Made by a program: the position numbers and the translations under genes. From positions 1 through 24,475 of the IMG/VR virus record IMGVR_UViG_3300032373_000102: a stretch of 24,475 nucleotides of DNA. The stretch is one strand, 5' to 3'. The DNA comes from a virus (taxonomy: Duplodnaviria > Caudoviricetes). Under the pieces are notes generated by a model. It did no database searches and had not been told where the DNA came from. It saw only the letters and a program-made list of their open reading frames with translations. This document shows, one piece after another, positions 16,430 to 24,475 of the stretch (the first letter of the stretch is position 1; each line of letters opens with the position of its first letter).

Positions 16430-16885
16430 ATGAGTGATTTAAAAGCTGACATTGAAAGAGCCAAGTTTGAAATATCTAGGCTAGAAAGCAAGGTCACGCA
16501 ACTAGAAGAAGAAAAGCGCAGGTTGATTATTGCTCGCAATGAGAAGGGTGAAACTATTGGTAAGTTGAAAGATTTAATCAGGCTGCAAGAAGTAAACATC
16601 ACCGAGCTTGAGCGGGAGCGTGATTCTTTAACTAACTGCTTAAAGGGTGTAGTAAATGATGAGTTCGAAATCCCAAAAGGCGCTTTCCAAGCTGTTCTAT
16701 TTGCCGAAACTCAACTAGCCCAACGCGACCTTGAGCAGCAGATAGAGGCGCTTAAATGGTGCCTTACAGGGTGTAGGCATAGCTTTGATTCGTGGGCAAA
16801 GGTGAGGTCTTGCGATTTAGGTATAGCGCAAGGCGAAATACGCGAAAGAGTGGAACAACTCCGCAAACAACAGGAGGATAAGTAA
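16430..16885 (+). CDS. hypothetical coiled-coil protein
   Basis: 151 aa, heptad-rich, GGAGG RBS. Confidence 0.8.
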   Translation: MSDLKADIERAKFEISRLESKVTQLEEEKRRLIIARNEKGETIGKLKDLIRLQEVNITELERERDSLTNCLKGVVNDEFEIPKGAFQAVLFAETQLAQRDLEQQIEALKWCLTGCRHSFDSWAKVRSCDLGIAQGEIRERVEQLRKQQEDK

Positions 16886-16886
16886 C

Positions 16887-17396
16887 ATGTCAGGTTCTAA
16901 ATTTGATACAGGTAAACCGAGAATGGGTCTAGTTACTCCTGAGTTTATTGAAGGAGTGGCTAAAGTGCTTTCCTTCGGAGCTGAGAAATACGGCCCTTAT
17001 AATTGGGCTGAAGGGATAGAGTTTAACCGGCTATATGACGCCCTACAAAGACACCTCTCTGCTTGGCAAAAGGGAGAAGATATTGACCCAGAAAGTGGAG
17101 AGAACCACCTGCTACATGCTGCATGTGAACTAATGTTCCTCTATAGTTTCCAAACATGGGAGAGAAAAGGCCTTGACAATAGGTATATTGCTTACAGCGT
17201 TCCTAGTAAGCACAGCATACATATTCCTGAAAGCATTCCAACAACTGAATGTGATGCACCACAAGATAGCTCTGGTAACTCCAGTGTCGATGCTGATGGC
17301 TCTGTGCGAAGTGGCTGTGATAAGCCTAGTAGTAAAGACGAGTTTCTGGCTATTTATACCGATAGGTCTGGGAGGATCGTTGGGGTGCATAGCTAG
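16887..17396 (+). CDS. dATP/dGTP diphosphohydrolase domain protein (DUF5664)
   Basis: KFDTGKPRMGLV, VLSFGAEKYGPYNW, ALQRHL, DPESGENHLLHAAC, LDNR. AGGAGG RBS. Confidence 0.9.
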   Translation: MSGSKFDTGKPRMGLVTPEFIEGVAKVLSFGAEKYGPYNWAEGIEFNRLYDALQRHLSAWQKGEDIDPESGENHLLHAACELMFLYSFQTWERKGLDNRYIAYSVPSKHSIHIPESIPTTECDAPQDSSGNSSVDADGSVRSGCDKPSSKDEFLAIYTDRSGRIVGVHS

Positions 17397-17436
17397 TATG
17401 TATACACATAAACGTATGAGGAAGCGATATGAGTAA
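17173..17436 (+). CDS. small three-TM membrane protein (overlapping gene)
   Basis: TTG start with GGAG/AAGG upstream, three TM helices, FLKAFQQLNV and G.GG.LG motifs seen in phage membrane proteins, basic tail coupled to next ORF. Confidence 0.75.
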   Translation: MTIGILLTAFLVSTAYIFLKAFQQLNVMHHKIALVTPVSMLMALCEVAVISLVVKTSFWLFIPIGLGGSLGCIASMYTHKRMRKRYE

Positions 17437-17602
17437 AGACGGAGATATTAGAAACAACGGAAGGATAATGTCAGGGAGGAAGAAGGAGGATGGGGATAAG
17501 TTCAGGGAGAACTATCAGAAGATAGATTGGACTAAGAATAAACCTCTATCTAAAGAGGTCTCTCCTTCCAAACCTTCCCCCGCTTGTAGCGAAAAGTCGT
17601 AG
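17429..17602 (+). CDS. small hypothetical protein (57 aa)
   Basis: GAGG RBS, MSKDGDIRNNGRIMSGRKKEDGDKFRENYQKIDW..., last gene of rightward arm. Not in ORF track. Confidence 0.6.
   Translation: MSKDGDIRNNGRIMSGRKKEDGDKFRENYQKIDWTKNKPLSKEVSPSKPSPACSEKS
17533..17560 (-). terminator. weak candidate terminator for leftward arm
   Basis: Minus strand GACCTCT-TTAGAT-AGAGGTT followed by TATTCTT, spanning the stop of the last leftward gene. Confidence 0.25.
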
Positions 17603-17771
17603 CACCTTCCCCCTTTAAGAAGTCAAAGAGCTTCTTCCATTCACTGTGACTGGGGCTAGCAATTAGCCCCTTACCCGTCACAACATTCTCATCAAACATT
17701 AATGTAACACACCCATCATAAGTACCATCCTTCTCGTTGAATCTCCAGATACCTGTTAGGGGTTCATACAC
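17550..17771 (-). CDS. hypothetical protein, last gene of virion arm
   Basis: 73 aa, GAGGAG RBS, GTG start directly after upstream stop. Confidence 0.75.
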   Translation of the reverse strand: MYEPLTGIWRFNEKDGTYDGCVTLMFDENVVTGKGLIASPSHSEWKKLFDFLKGEGATTFRYKRGKVWKERPL

Positions 17772-17772
17772 G

Positions 17773-19587
17773 TTATTCTCCTCGTTTCCACTTAGCGTAT
17801 TTGTCTGATAAACTCCCCGTATACGCCTCAGTGAGTTCTAGGTAGTCATTCCAAGCATCATTGTACTGAACAGGATACCCTTCACTTCGTAACCAATCAG
17901 CTATTACATCGTTATCTGCACCCTTAAACTTCAAGGTACGTAGATAGCCTGCAACAGTGTTCCAAGTGGTTCTGTCTGTAATAGGTATAATTATCCTATC
18001 CCCACCTAAAACAATAGGTATTCCAAACAGCTCCTCACTCTCAATGCCTAAAGGCTCTATGATTTTGAGTAGATTGGCCACAACAGCCTCTCCAAAAGCT
18101 TCCCCAGAAGGTATACCTGTAGGAGCTATAACTGTAATTCCACTAGTTACTATAGGCTCTCCAACAGCTTCCTCTGAAGGTATGCTAACAGGCTCTATAG
18201 ATACAAGCCCTGTAATCACCTCAGGAGTTCCTACAGCCTCTTCTGAGGGGATAGAGACAGGAAGTAACACCGTAGCACCAGAAGTTACTATAGGCTCCCC
18301 TACGGCCTCCTCAGAAGGTATCGAGGTAGGACTTATTGTCACTGCCCCTAAGACTATCGAAGGGGTTCCAAAAGCCTCGGCTGTGGGTATACCTGTGGGG
18401 GATATAGTTAAGCCCCCGCCCCCCACAGCCCCTATAGCTAGCTCTACCCATTTACGCTGAGTAGCGCTAACAGTGGTGAAATTATAATCGAATCCATCTG
18501 TATCAAACCCTACGAAAGTTCCTTCATTCAACGTAGAGCTGGATGTCAGTAAATCTCGTAGTCGGTTGTCTGAAACGAGGGATACCGCATCCGAGGTAGC
18601 GGAGCCATCCGCACTCCAGTAAGCGTTAGATTGGTAGCTATTATCACTTATAGACCAAATACCCAAGCCTTGGACACCCGCGCTCTGGACAGTGTCTACT
18701 AAGGTGTTCTTAGTTGTAAGGACTAGTCCAAAATCAGGCTCAAACCCTGCTGAGTCATAACTGACAGCCCCCGTGGAGGCAGGACTCCCTACAACACCAA
18801 GATTGATATTTGTAGCATTGTCAAACTTAATAGCCAGACCAACAACATAGTCATTGCCTGCTGACGCATTGGCGTTTAGGTCAAAGCCCGTTGCGGTGTA
18901 GTTTTCTACCCCGCCTCCCCAACTTAGAGAGTCATTGAAGTATTGTCCGAAACTGTAGGTGTCACTGATGTAACTCCCTGACTGGGAGGTTGCGAGTGAG
19001 TCTCTATCGAAGTAGAACTGGCCGTAGTTAGAGTCTAACCCGTCATTGTGGGCAATACCGAATACGTTAATAGCCTGACCCGCATAAGCCGTGGAAGCAT
19101 TACCTGTATCCATCATGAATACAAGGTCAGGCTCGAAGCCCACATTAACGGTCTCGCTAGTAGTCAGCATCTGCTCTATGAATGCACCTGACTGCACATT
19201 CTTAAAGAGGATTACTGTTGCAAATATCGTACTCCCTAATGCTGCGGTATTGTCTATCCTAATACCGTCTGTAACCCAAGAGTCGAAAACACACTGCTGG
19301 AGGATTGAACCTGCGTCATTGTAGACAATCCCCAATATACCACCAGCTGTCCTCCTATCCGTAGAGGAGGTAGAGACCCCGTCCACGGACTGTATGTAGT
19401 TAACAACATTAGATGTCCCATCCGTTGCACCTATGGAAAGTCTAGCATCATTAGTTATTGAGTTATCACCAGACACATGCTGGAGTATGATAAGTGCTGC
19501 GTCAGGTGTTCCAAACCCAGACACCGCAATATCTTGGGTTCCTGTGGTGGTGTTTAGTTGCACCCTTGTGGTGGTGATATCCCCCAT
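17773..19587 (-). CDS. putative fibre/receptor-binding or decoration virion protein
   Basis: 604 aa: G/S/T/D-rich beta N-terminal region with repeated GF.PD motifs, GGGG hinge, six 23-aa repeats, short helical C-terminal domain. Confidence 0.7.
   Translation of the reverse strand: MGDITTTRVQLNTTTGTQDIAVSGFGTPDAALIILQHVSGDNSITNDARLSIGATDGTSNVVNYIQSVDGVSTSSTDRRTAGGILGIVYNDAGSILQQCVFDSWVTDGIRIDNTAALGSTIFATVILFKNVQSGAFIEQMLTTSETVNVGFEPDLVFMMDTGNASTAYAGQAINVFGIAHNDGLDSNYGQFYFDRDSLATSQSGSYISDTYSFGQYFNDSLSWGGGVENYTATGFDLNANASAGNDYVVGLAIKFDNATNINLGVVGSPASTGAVSYDSAGFEPDFGLVLTTKNTLVDTVQSAGVQGLGIWSISDNSYQSNAYWSADGSATSDAVSLVSDNRLRDLLTSSSTLNEGTFVGFDTDGFDYNFTTVSATQRKWVELAIGAVGGGGLTISPTGIPTAEAFGTPSIVLGAVTISPTSIPSEEAVGEPIVTSGATVLLPVSIPSEEAVGTPEVITGLVSIEPVSIPSEEAVGEPIVTSGITVIAPTGIPSGEAFGEAVVANLLKIIEPLGIESEELFGIPIVLGGDRIIIPITDRTTWNTVAGYLRTLKFKGADNDVIADWLRSEGYPVQYNDAWNDYLELTEAYTGSLSDKYAKWKRGE
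18001..18412 (-). repeat. six tandem 69-nt/23-aa repeats, consensus I.P..IPSEEA(F/V)G.P.V
   Basis: LTISPTGIPTAEAFGTPSIVLGA / VTISPTSIPSEEAVGEPIVTSGA / TVLLPVSIPSEEAVGTPEVITGL / VSIEPVSIPSEEAVGEPIVTSGI / TVIAPTGIPSGEAFGEAVVANLL / KIIEPLGIESEELFGIPIVLGG. Confidence 0.95.
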
Positions 19588-19913
19588 TACTTAACTGATT
19601 CCTGTTCAACACACTGCCAGAAGTTAGCCTCTAGTAAATAGTCCTCAAGGAAAGGCTGTCCCGAGGCTGCTAGCTCCGAGAGAGCAAGCCAAGCAAAGAC
19701 CCTTTCACTAAAAGCTAAAGCATCCGAGGAGGCTTGCGCCTTCCCCATTAAGGTGTTGAAATCAGAAGTTTGCTCGGGGTTTAAACCCAGAACCTGTACA
19801 ACAGAACTTGGAGAGACCCTACCATTAGAGAGTTCTGAGGCTAGTGACCGGATTAGATTAATAGGGAGCTTATCCTCAGATATACCTGAGACTCTGTCAA
19901 AGAGACTAGGCAT
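19587..19913 (-). CDS. hypothetical protein
   Basis: 108 aa, TAATG coupling to fibre gene. Confidence 0.8.
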   Translation of the reverse strand: MPSLFDRVSGISEDKLPINLIRSLASELSNGRVSPSSVVQVLGLNPEQTSDFNTLMGKAQASSDALAFSERVFAWLALSELAASGQPFLEDYLLEANFWQCVEQESVK

Positions 19914-20082
19914 CCCCTACCCCACTCAACTCTTCCAACTCATCTCTCAATTCATCAGACCGTTTAAGAGATTCAGCTCTCAATGTCATCTCGGCTTGAA
20001 GAAGCTTATCCAATTGCGCACAACGCTTCTTACGTGTGTGCTCTGCCTTTTCTTCAGGGGTTAATCTTGTAATTCCAAACAT
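19906..20082 (-). CDS. small coiled-coil hypothetical protein (58 aa)
   Basis: TAAGGA RBS, MFGITRLTPEEKAEHTRKKRCAQLDKLLQAEMTLRAESLKRSDELRDELEELSGVGDA, fills gap exactly. Not in ORF track. Confidence 0.75.
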   Translation of the reverse strand: MFGITRLTPEEKAEHTRKKRCAQLDKLLQAEMTLRAESLKRSDELRDELEELSGVGDA

Positions 20083-20090
20083 ATCGATCC

Positions 20091-20492
20091 TTATAATTTA
20101 AATATTTTGTTAGCACCTGCATCCCACTGTATCTGTATATCTCCACCATTAGGTGTAACAGGGAGACCTGTAGCTGTATCCACTAATGCGATAAGTCTAG
20201 ATGTAGCTGCACTACCTGTATCTTGATACACAACAATCAGTTCAGACTGATTACCAGTGACGCTAGAGTAGGTGACATCAGCAGCGTCTCCTATTCCGTC
20301 TGTAGTTGTCTTAGAGGCTAAGTTTGCTGAAGTGGCTGTAATCCCCGAGACAGACGACAAGAACTGGTCTGTCGCTGTGTTAGGGGTATAAGACGCACTA
20401 TCGACTAGAGCAGCCTTGATATTATCCCCACTCCAGCTGATCTCTCCCTTCAAGAAGCTCTCTCTTGCTAAATCATATAATCTATTCGCCAT
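20091..20492 (-). CDS. conserved small virion structural protein (probable fibre subunit)
   Basis: 133 aa A/S/T/G-rich. MAN.LYD..RE.FL.G.I.W..D.IKA.LVD...YTP, DAADVT, GLPVTPNGGDI.IQWD.GANKIFKL pattern recurrent in phages. Confidence 0.75.
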   Translation of the reverse strand: MANRLYDLARESFLKGEISWSGDNIKAALVDSASYTPNTATDQFLSSVSGITATSANLASKTTTDGIGDAADVTYSSVTGNQSELIVVYQDTGSAATSRLIALVDTATGLPVTPNGGDIQIQWDAGANKIFKL

Positions 20493-20785
20493 TACTTACG
20501 CTTCCCCGTACGTTTCATACCTTTCTTACTCCCGTTGTTAGCCCTGTTCTTAGACTTGGACTGTACACGGGTGTTCGTTTTCTTATTACTTCCGCCACGT
20601 CTCAGGGGAGTCTTGTGGTCTACATCCTTACCATCCCCCTTACTCACTCTTCCATCTCTCTCTGCTTCAGCACGAGCTTGGTTACGTGCTGCTCTGTCTT
20701 TTTTAGCCTTAGCTGTAGAGTTATACTTACGTTGTTGCTTACTGCGAGCTGAGGCTGATGCTTTATATTGGCCTTTCTTTGGCAT
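20492..20785 (-). CDS. small basic HNH endonuclease-like protein
   Basis: GDGKDVDHKTPLRRGGSN...NTRV.SKSKNRANN, GGAG RBS. Confidence 0.85.
   Translation of the reverse strand: MPKKGQYKASASARSKQQRKYNSTAKAKKDRAARNQARAEAERDGRVSKGDGKDVDHKTPLRRGGSNKKTNTRVQSKSKNRANNGSKKGMKRTGKRK
20550..20576 (-). promoter_or_regulatory. weaker candidate sigmaE/ECF-type promoter ahead of the fibre module
   Basis: Minus strand GAACAC-N16-TCTAA (preceded by G), about 58 nt upstream of the 133-aa gene start. Confidence 0.3.
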
Positions 20786-22434
20786 TATTTACTCCGGTTA
20801 CTTCGTTCTAATTGATATGCTGCTGATATGTCAGCCTTAAATTCTGAGATTTGAGACTCTGAAGCTCCTAGAGCTTGATAAGCTTTTATTGCATCGGACA
20901 TCACCTTATTGAAGTTAGATACCTTCGCTTGTAGATCCTTACTCCCTGCTCCCAGCTCTGTCGTTGTCAATGTGAGAGTTTGTTCGTTAAGCTCTACACC
21001 ATCCATAACAGACACTATAGCTGTATCTCTAGCACTTCCTCCGCCAACCTTAAAACTTTCAGATAAGAAGTTGGAGGTAGTGGAGCTGAGTACGTCTGTT
21101 ACAACAGGCTTCATTGCTGAGAACACATCCAACTTATCTGCTTCTGGAATACCGTCAGGGTACTTACCCAGCTCTGAAATATATTTAGAGAAGTCTCCAG
21201 ACGATACAAAAGATTTAAGCCTCTTAGGCGGGAGCGAGAACACGGACTCTAAGTACTCAGAAGACATGGTCTTAGCTTCAGCAGTAGCATTAGGGTCTGA
21301 GAATGCGCTGAACACTAAACTAAGAATACCTTGCTTCTTCTTTTCAGTATCCTCTCCCCCATCGGGGGCTGAGGGATATGTCCCATCTGTGATGTTCTGT
21401 AACATCGAAACTATTAACTTAGGCGCTAGGCTCTGCCCTAGATCTTTATTTACTGTATACATCATAGCTGCTTGCTTAATAGCCGGATCGTCTGACTTAT
21501 ACATTACATCCAATGTTGTGTTCAGCCTGTTCATCCGTGTTGTCTCAGACAGTTCATTGAAGCTTTCGTCGTTCAACTGCCTCTCTACAACACCTATTAC
21601 AGCTTCATAATCTTCAAGGATTGCATTCCTGTCAGGTCGAGATAACACAACCCCAAACCGTTCCGCATCAGCGTCTACAGTTTGCCTAAACGCCGCTTTC
21701 ATGGAGTCAAGGGTTTGCATCATTTCAGCTTTAGCTTTAGGGTCGTCTAAATTAACTTGTGGGAGGATTTCATTCAATGTCCTTTGTAGCTCTGTCACTT
21801 TATCTCTAGATTGTATAGCTCCGAACAGTTTAACTTTTTGCCGTTCCTGCTGACCCTCTACCCCCAGTCTCTGGCTGTCTAGTGTATACTCAGCAGCTAA
21901 AGCTTTTTTCTCCGCCTGCCTGCCAGCAGCTTCAATCTCCCACTTAGCTACATCTTCTGCTGAACCATCTGAGGGGAAGGGTCTTGTGGCATAAGGAGTT
22001 AATGCAACAAGGGCTAGATTACGTTCCCTCTGCGCCTCAGCAACACCCTGAGCCTCTTTAGTGGCAGAAGATAGGGAAACCCCTGTAGCCTTCTTAGCTC
22101 CACCTACAATACCTAGACGGGTTGTGGGGTCATATTGAGATAAGTAAGCTTGTTCCCTATCCAACAGTCTACGACCAGTGACACCTTGATTGACAAGGCT
22201 CTGCCTTAGATCACGTAAGCCTAGGATACCCTCAGACATTGTTTTCTCTTGAAGTGCATCCTTCTCCCTAAGGACTGCAAGACGCTGTTCAGCTTGCCCC
22301 CGATTATAGAGTTGTAAGGCAGTACCTGCCAAACCTACTACGTCAGATCCTAGATTCCCTGTAGGCATTGGAGCCTGCGGGGTACTGGTGACGGCTTTCT
22401 CTAGAGATTTTATCTCACGTGTAAATTCTGTCAT
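20785..22434 (-). CDS. putative internal virion (ejection) protein
   Basis: 549 aa, Ala/Gln/Glu-rich helical, no Cys, located in structural arm after a larger helical protein. Confidence 0.65.
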   Translation of the reverse strand: MTEFTREIKSLEKAVTSTPQAPMPTGNLGSDVVGLAGTALQLYNRGQAEQRLAVLREKDALQEKTMSEGILGLRDLRQSLVNQGVTGRRLLDREQAYLSQYDPTTRLGIVGGAKKATGVSLSSATKEAQGVAEAQRERNLALVALTPYATRPFPSDGSAEDVAKWEIEAAGRQAEKKALAAEYTLDSQRLGVEGQQERQKVKLFGAIQSRDKVTELQRTLNEILPQVNLDDPKAKAEMMQTLDSMKAAFRQTVDADAERFGVVLSRPDRNAILEDYEAVIGVVERQLNDESFNELSETTRMNRLNTTLDVMYKSDDPAIKQAAMMYTVNKDLGQSLAPKLIVSMLQNITDGTYPSAPDGGEDTEKKKQGILSLVFSAFSDPNATAEAKTMSSEYLESVFSLPPKRLKSFVSSGDFSKYISELGKYPDGIPEADKLDVFSAMKPVVTDVLSSTTSNFLSESFKVGGGSARDTAIVSVMDGVELNEQTLTLTTTELGAGSKDLQAKVSNFNKVMSDAIKAYQALGASESQISEFKADISAAYQLERSNRSK

Positions 22435-24475
22435 TCATCTTCCAATATTTCTAAAGGTGCAAAGTTGAGAGTCTTTCTAAACTCAATTTCTTTCTTAATT
22501 TCTTGCTTCATCTGCTCAGTGGTTGCTCTTTGTAAGAGTATTTGTAGATTAGGAACTTCATCCCCCATCTTACTATTATCCACAGTCTTCTTAATTATCT
22601 GTTCATAGGTTGGAGTTCCGAAGTCGAGAAGGTGTTTTTTAAACTCATCCACTATAAAGGAGTCCATCTTACGGTTATTAACAATAGCTTTAGCGTTGTT
22701 ACTCCACTTACGCAGAACCTTGAAAACCTCCAATGGGGTGGCTCTGCCTTGTGCCTTTAAGTCCGCCAGTTCCCTCATTGCTCCTCTGATCATGGGCGTA
22801 GAGAGTCTTATTGCTTTGCCCTGTTCTCCAGATCTAGCGGAGGATTTTCCAAAGCTATTAGAGGTATAGTAGTCCTGCATAGCCTCAGGAGTTAAGTTGA
22901 AGAATCCTGCGATAGCTTCAAAGTTCGTAGCCCTTGTTGTACCACTTAGGGTTTTAAAGGCTGGCCATTTATCTATGTTGTAAGCTATGTATGCTCTCTC
23001 AGCATCACTGAAACCTTTGATAACTCCAGCTATCTCCTTTATAGCGTCGAAAGCTTTCTCTGTTGTATCAAGTTCAGGAGCACCTGCAATAGCTGCTACA
23101 TCCCAACCTGTAGAGATTAAGTCTCCGATTACACCGCCTGTTGCCCCGAACATCTCCATCGAAGCTGGAACGCCTGTAGAGAAAAGATCAATCATGCCTT
23201 GCAGGTAGAATGCGTGAGCCGTATCAATGAATGCAGACGGGCCAACCTTACCAGACAAGTCTACCCTGCCTTCTCCTCCGAAGTAAGCTACAGAGTTATT
23301 TAATAGGAGGTTTACAAGACCGCCACCTAATACGTCATTAACGTAGAAGTCGTATAAGCCGTTCTCTTCATACTCAGGGTTAGTCTCCCTGATCGTATCG
23401 AGAATCCCCATAGAACCTTTCTCACCAACTAAGCCCTGTAATCCAAAGATATGCAGCGTGGCTAAGGTCGTCCATAACGCTCTCTTACGTGTCTCAGCAA
23501 AGATACTAGCCTCTTTACCTAGAGACTTGCCTGTAGTTGCCACCATAACTGGGTCAATCACAACATCTAACAGGAGTTTCTGTATGTGCTGCATAAATTG
23601 GAACACCATAGACATCGGATTAGCTTGGTTCTGATAAACAAACTGATTAATGCCGTTCTGTGTAGCTGTCATCTTCTGAGCTTCAAAAGACATTCGAGCT
23701 TTTGTTTTAGCGTTGTAAGGCATCTTGTTACGCTTCACAAGCTTGTTAAATGATGCTAGGTAGGCTAGGGTATTAACTGTTGCAATACTCCCCTCCTGAA
23801 GCGCCTGAGACACCTTCAACGGCGATTTCAGAGTGCTAACAGCGATCCTTCCAGCTTTACCTGCATAAGAAGTGGCTGGAGCTTTAGAGGCTCCTCCTGT
23901 CATAGAGAGGAAATCATCCGCCCTTCCAACAGCTGTAAACAAACCACTATCTATGATGTCATCAACAACCGCTTTAGCTGTTTTAGGCGGAACACCTAAC
24001 ATCTTAGCGAATAGCTTAACCCCTTCTTCACCTCCACTCATAGCTCCGAGCAAGAACGGGAGTTGAGCAGCAGCTTTCATCCCATCCCTACCTCCGCGCA
24101 TCGCTATATAGATGCTTTGGAATAAGTTCTGAGGAACTTGGAATGCAGGTCTCCCTATAATCACAGCTGTAGATGTGAAGCTTTGGAGAGCTGAGCTAGC
24201 TTTTTGACTATTAACAAGTCCATCGAATACTGTATTTGAGAACATGGCGTCTATCTTATTAAATATCTTGCCTTGATCTACACCTTTAAGCCCTTTAATA
24301 TAGCTATGGTATTGCTCTAAAGCGTTCTTAGTGTCTGTATCTAAGTCTTCAAGCTTACCTTTAATCATACGGGTGATGTCTGAATCAAACTCAGTGTTCT
24401 TACCCTTTACAAGAAGTTTATCGAAAGTGTTTAGGAAACGTTGTTCCATTGAACGAATTACAGGGGTATCTAGTT
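22431..24475 (-). CDS. large putative internal virion (ejection) protein, C-terminal part; 5' end outside window
   Basis: Frame is open to the window edge, so ATG24449 is probably internal. More than 680 aa, helical, Gly/Ala-rich hydrophobic stretches, no Cys. Confidence 0.7.
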   Translation of the reverse strand, partial: LDTPVIRSMEQRFLNTFDKLLVKGKNTEFDSDITRMIKGKLEDLDTDTKNALEQYHSYIKGLKGVDQGKIFNKIDAMFSNTVFDGLVNSQKASSALQSFTSTAVIIGRPAFQVPQNLFQSIYIAMRGGRDGMKAAAQLPFLLGAMSGGEEGVKLFAKMLGVPPKTAKAVVDDIIDSGLFTAVGRADDFLSMTGGASKAPATSYAGKAGRIAVSTLKSPLKVSQALQEGSIATVNTLAYLASFNKLVKRNKMPYNAKTKARMSFEAQKMTATQNGINQFVYQNQANPMSMVFQFMQHIQKLLLDVVIDPVMVATTGKSLGKEASIFAETRKRALWTTLATLHIFGLQGLVGEKGSMGILDTIRETNPEYEENGLYDFYVNDVLGGGLVNLLLNNSVAYFGGEGRVDLSGKVGPSAFIDTAHAFYLQGMIDLFSTGVPASMEMFGATGGVIGDLISTGWDVAAIAGAPELDTTEKAFDAIKEIAGVIKGFSDAERAYIAYNIDKWPAFKTLSGTTRATNFEAIAGFFNLTPEAMQDYYTSNSFGKSSARSGEQGKAIRLSTPMIRGAMRELADLKAQGRATPLEVFKVLRKWSNNAKAIVNNRKMDSFIVDEFKKHLLDFGTPTYEQIIKKTVDNSKMGDEVPNLQILLQRATTEQMKQEIKKEIEFRKTLNFAPLEILEDE

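Noticed and set aside
17173-17201. Perfect TTGACA as a sigma70 -35
   Set aside because: No -10 at 16-18 nt spacing. It coincides with the TTG start of the membrane gene.
293-17390. Numerous 60-122 aa minus-strand and nested alternative-frame ORFs in the rightward arm
   Set aside because: They lie within well-supported genes and show no motifs or RBS (the + strand ORF 17173-17436 is the exception and is kept)
16887-17396. dATP-hydrolase as evidence for a 2-aminoadenine (Z) genome
   Set aside because: No purZ or other base-modification gene in the window, and this domain is widespread in ordinary phages
18001-18412. Tandem repeats as CRISPR array or DGR template/variable repeat
   Set aside because: Repeats are protein-coding, degenerate at synonymous sites, have no spacers, and no cas or reverse transcriptase gene is present
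17957-18460. 167-aa + strand ORF with repeats
   Set aside because: Antisense shadow of the repeat region of the 604-aa gene, with no RBS
20492-20785. HNH gene as intron-encoded or mobile homing element
   Set aside because: Coupled by TAATG overlaps to both neighbours, no interrupted gene or intron structure, and it is a small free-standing type
20909-21610. 233-aa + strand ORF
   Set aside because: Ser-rich antisense shadow of the 549-aa virion gene

Overview
Part of a lytic podovirus-type phage genome. It has T7-like replication genes, no RNA polymerase in the window, and two converging arms, which I infer places it near Zobellviridae/phiRIO-1/PA11-type marine gammaproteobacterial phages. 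The + strand (1-17602) carries small early genes, then a tightly coupled peptide-bond/gamma-glutamyl module (hypothetical, gamma-glutamylcyclotransferase, class II glutamine amidotransferase, phiEco32-type COOH-NH2 ligase, hypothetical, amidoligase, ATP-grasp). After that come a nucleotidyltransferase, primase-helicase, family A DNA polymerase, SSB-like protein, 5'-3' exonuclease, endonuclease VII, metallophosphoesterase, SLOG protein, DUF5675 and a dATP/dGTP diphosphohydrolase. The - strand (17550-24475) carries the end of the virion arm: two large probable internal virion proteins, an HNH protein and a probable fibre/decoration module with exact 23-aa repeats. The most notable unannotated signal is a recurring sigmaE/ECF-type promoter motif, TGAACTT-N16-TC(T/C)AA. 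Two copies point into replication genes and one perfect copy points antisense into the early genes. Other points of interest are a PolA with several substituted nucleotide-pocket residues and a 224-nt dual-coding overlap. All family assignments come from motif recognition by eye; no searches were run.
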